DNA of 64,000 bases. Source: Eledone cirrhosa (lineage: Eukaryota). The stretch is from assembly GCA_964016885.1 (NCBI GenBank), contig OZ024743.1, positions 291,710,001 through 291,774,000 of the forward strand. The letters are read 5' to 3'. Position numbers and translations under genes: made by a program. The notes beneath the pieces were generated by a model. It did no database searches. It saw only the letters and a list, made by a program, of their open reading frames with translations, and was not told the DNA's origin. The number at the start of each line of letters is the position of its first letter. The first letter of the stretch is position 1. This document shows, piece after piece, positions 61,613 through 64,000 of this stretch.

Positions 61613-63990
61613 CCAACTCGTGTTTTTGTAGTTGATGGCCATATCGGGAAAGACAGAGGCTGTGAGGTCATCAACAGTGTCGACAACGGTGCCTACTTGT
61701 GAGACTGCCCTTTCTCCAGCTGCGTCTGAAGGTGCAGTGCCGTCACCAACTGTTAAGAGGTCCTTTGAGAAGTCGGCTGATGCGTGGTCGCCGAGCAGTT
61801 GGGCTCTCATGTTTGTTGTGAGGGTCAGAATTGTCACTTCCTGCCACAGGGGAGATGACTTAATGCAAGCCCCCACAATGTCGGCCCTGGTGGCTTTTGG
61901 AACAACTGGAAGTGTTTGTCGAAAATCACCAGACAGCAATAGAGGTACTCCTCCCATCGGCCGGTTGCATTCCCTGATGTCTCGTAGGGTCCTGTCTAAC
62001 GCCTCAAGTGATCCTTTATGGGCCATTGTGTATTCGTGCCACACAATTAGGTGGCATCATTTCAAGACTTCCGCTTTGTTAGAGTCCTTGTTGATGTTAC
62101 AGGTTATTGTGTCGTCTGAACTCGTTTTGAATGGTAGTTTAAATGCGGAATGATCTGTCCTACCTCCAGGCAGCACAGTTGCGGCAATCCCAGAAGCCAC
62201 GGCCAGGGCGATTCCTTTTTGCTGTCGCACTTTGGCGGCCCGCCGTTGGTCTTGCAACAATTTCGGCTCGTTTCCGTTGATGAACAGTTCGAGAGCGTCG
62301 ACGTCGTGGGCAGTTTCCTGAATTATGCCCGTCGGAAGCTTGTCTGAGCTCGTTTGCTGAACTTTTGGCGGTCCATAGAATGGAAGGTCATTTCCGGCGG
62401 CAGTTAGTATATTGTCCTCGATGTCAAGGAGAGCTTTGTTGAAGAATTCGTCGCTGAGTTGTACGTCGGAATGAGGGAGTAGCAGTTGTTCTTGGTGTAT
62501 GTCATCGGAAAGGTCCTCTTTGTATTTGTCCCATAAGGATACAGGGTCGCTTAACTCGCATGTCTGCAGTAGCAGCGCAAAGCGTTGCCGAAGAGTTCGC
62601 GCTGAGCGTAATGTAGCTGCCTCCGCCAAAGTCGCATCCCACTGAGCGCCATCTTCCAGTAGACCCCGTCTAAGGAAGGCTGCGTGGAATGAAGTACAAA
62701 CCTGTCCATAAATTGTTTTCAGATCGTCGAAAGATGTCGGTCCTACCACCTCATGCAGTAGAAGGCGGAGATAAAAGCATTTATGTTGGTTAGGATGAAT
62801 GGTGTACACTCTCCCAAGGCTAGGGGACATTTTAATGTCAGGATGTCACTCGACGGGTTGTCCTTACACCCTTCTTAAACAAATTATGTTGTCTGTGTTC
62901 CATGTGTAGTATGATGGCGCCTTAGAGTAGAGAGGGTCTTGGCGAAGGGATCGTTTCGGCACAACTTAAAAAATGCCGTAAGTATGGTGTCCTTGGGTTC
63001 CTCTGCTATCTCAGCAGTGTTGGAGGCGGTGAAGTAGACTCTTTGACCGTTTTCAAGGTGCACCGCCAACTGTTTAAATAATATGTCAAACCTGTAATTC
63101 AAACCCGCCTGAGTTAGCACAAAAGAGCGTAAATAAGGGCGATATTTTGGAGCACACTGGAAAATAAATCATTGAAATCGGAGGTTCCTAAAAAAAGTTT
63201 TCTCGTTTTTTTTTTGTCTCATTTTGCGAAAAACAAAGAAAGAAAATTACAAAAAGGACAACAATAAAATATAATGTCTTTGTTGAGATTCAAGAAAACA
63301 ATGCTTAAGCGTCGTTATGATTACGTTTGTTGTTTTATAAATTCATCTGTTGCTTTTGAATATTTGTTACTTGATGTAAAATGTAAGTGTATAATGTACG
63401 TTCAGAGATTCGCGTTCCTGAACGAGGAGGGGGAATGATCTATTATAGAGAGAGGGAAGAGCAACGGAGAGAGTAAAGCTATGTTGTTGTATAAATTTGA
63501 TGTGTTGCTTAGTTTTCAAAGTTTGTGTCGCGTTCCTTGAAAATAAGTTTTGTCGCTCTTGTAAATTGTAATGGTGATAGGGTAGTAGACGGAGGCAGTA
63601 ACCTTTTAAAGATAGTTGGAGAGGAGATTGAGGGGGGAGTAGAGAGAGTGATGAACCTTTTTAAAGAGAGTTGCAGATGAGATTGAGAATGGAGTAGAGG
63701 AAAGGATGAACCTTTTAAAGAGAGTTGCAACATGTATGTAGCTTCATATATTTTTGATGGTAGTAGTGAGAGAAATGAAGCGTGTAAGACAGAGGGTTAC
63801 AGCATGTATTTAGTTTTATAGATTTTTTTTCATAGAAGCAGGAAATCTTTGGCAAGGTTTATTACGCGTTAACCATCCTTGGTAAATTTGGAGCACATTG
63901 GGAAACAAATCATCAAAATCGGTAGAGAAATGTAGAAATGCATAAAAATTATACACGCACAAAGACAGACATCTTCCGTTTTATATATAT
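61613..63990 (-). mobile_element. Helitron remnant (Rep/PIF1-like helicase fragments at 61613-63080) with probable 5' end near 63990
   Basis: LAVHLENGQRVYF, GRVYTIHP..FYLRLLL..GPTSFDDLKT, ALAVAS-GIAATVLPGGRT.HSAFKLP, GDFRQTLPVVP; ctagcag at 63992 may be the 3' end of an adjacent copy. Confidence 0.88.
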
Positions 63991-64000
63991 ACTAGCAGTT

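Overview
AT-rich, microsatellite-saturated eukaryotic DNA. The SINE families and repeat landscape look like an octopod cephalopod (inference). No host protein-coding gene can be supported, and most ORF-track entries are (TA)n/(CA)n artefacts. The window is a nest of decayed mobile elements: Penelope-like retroelements (four Naiad-type and two or three Neptune-type), Tx1/L1-, CR1- and RTE-like LINE remnants, Helitrons and tRNA-derived SINEs. The main signal is more than 20 type-I hammerhead ribozyme (HHR) motifs, read by eye. They sit at the 3' ends of the Penelope-like elements and inside several unrelated non-coding units of about 430-535 bp that look like non-autonomous retrozyme-like elements; a similar ~800-bp unit has no convincing HHR core. 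These inserts share one architecture: (TA)n flanks, tandem or circularly permuted monomers, and an inverted 5' segment. Two non-canonical catalytic cores recur across copies (U3-A8 covariation and U4A). All structures were derived manually; none has been tested computationally or experimentally.
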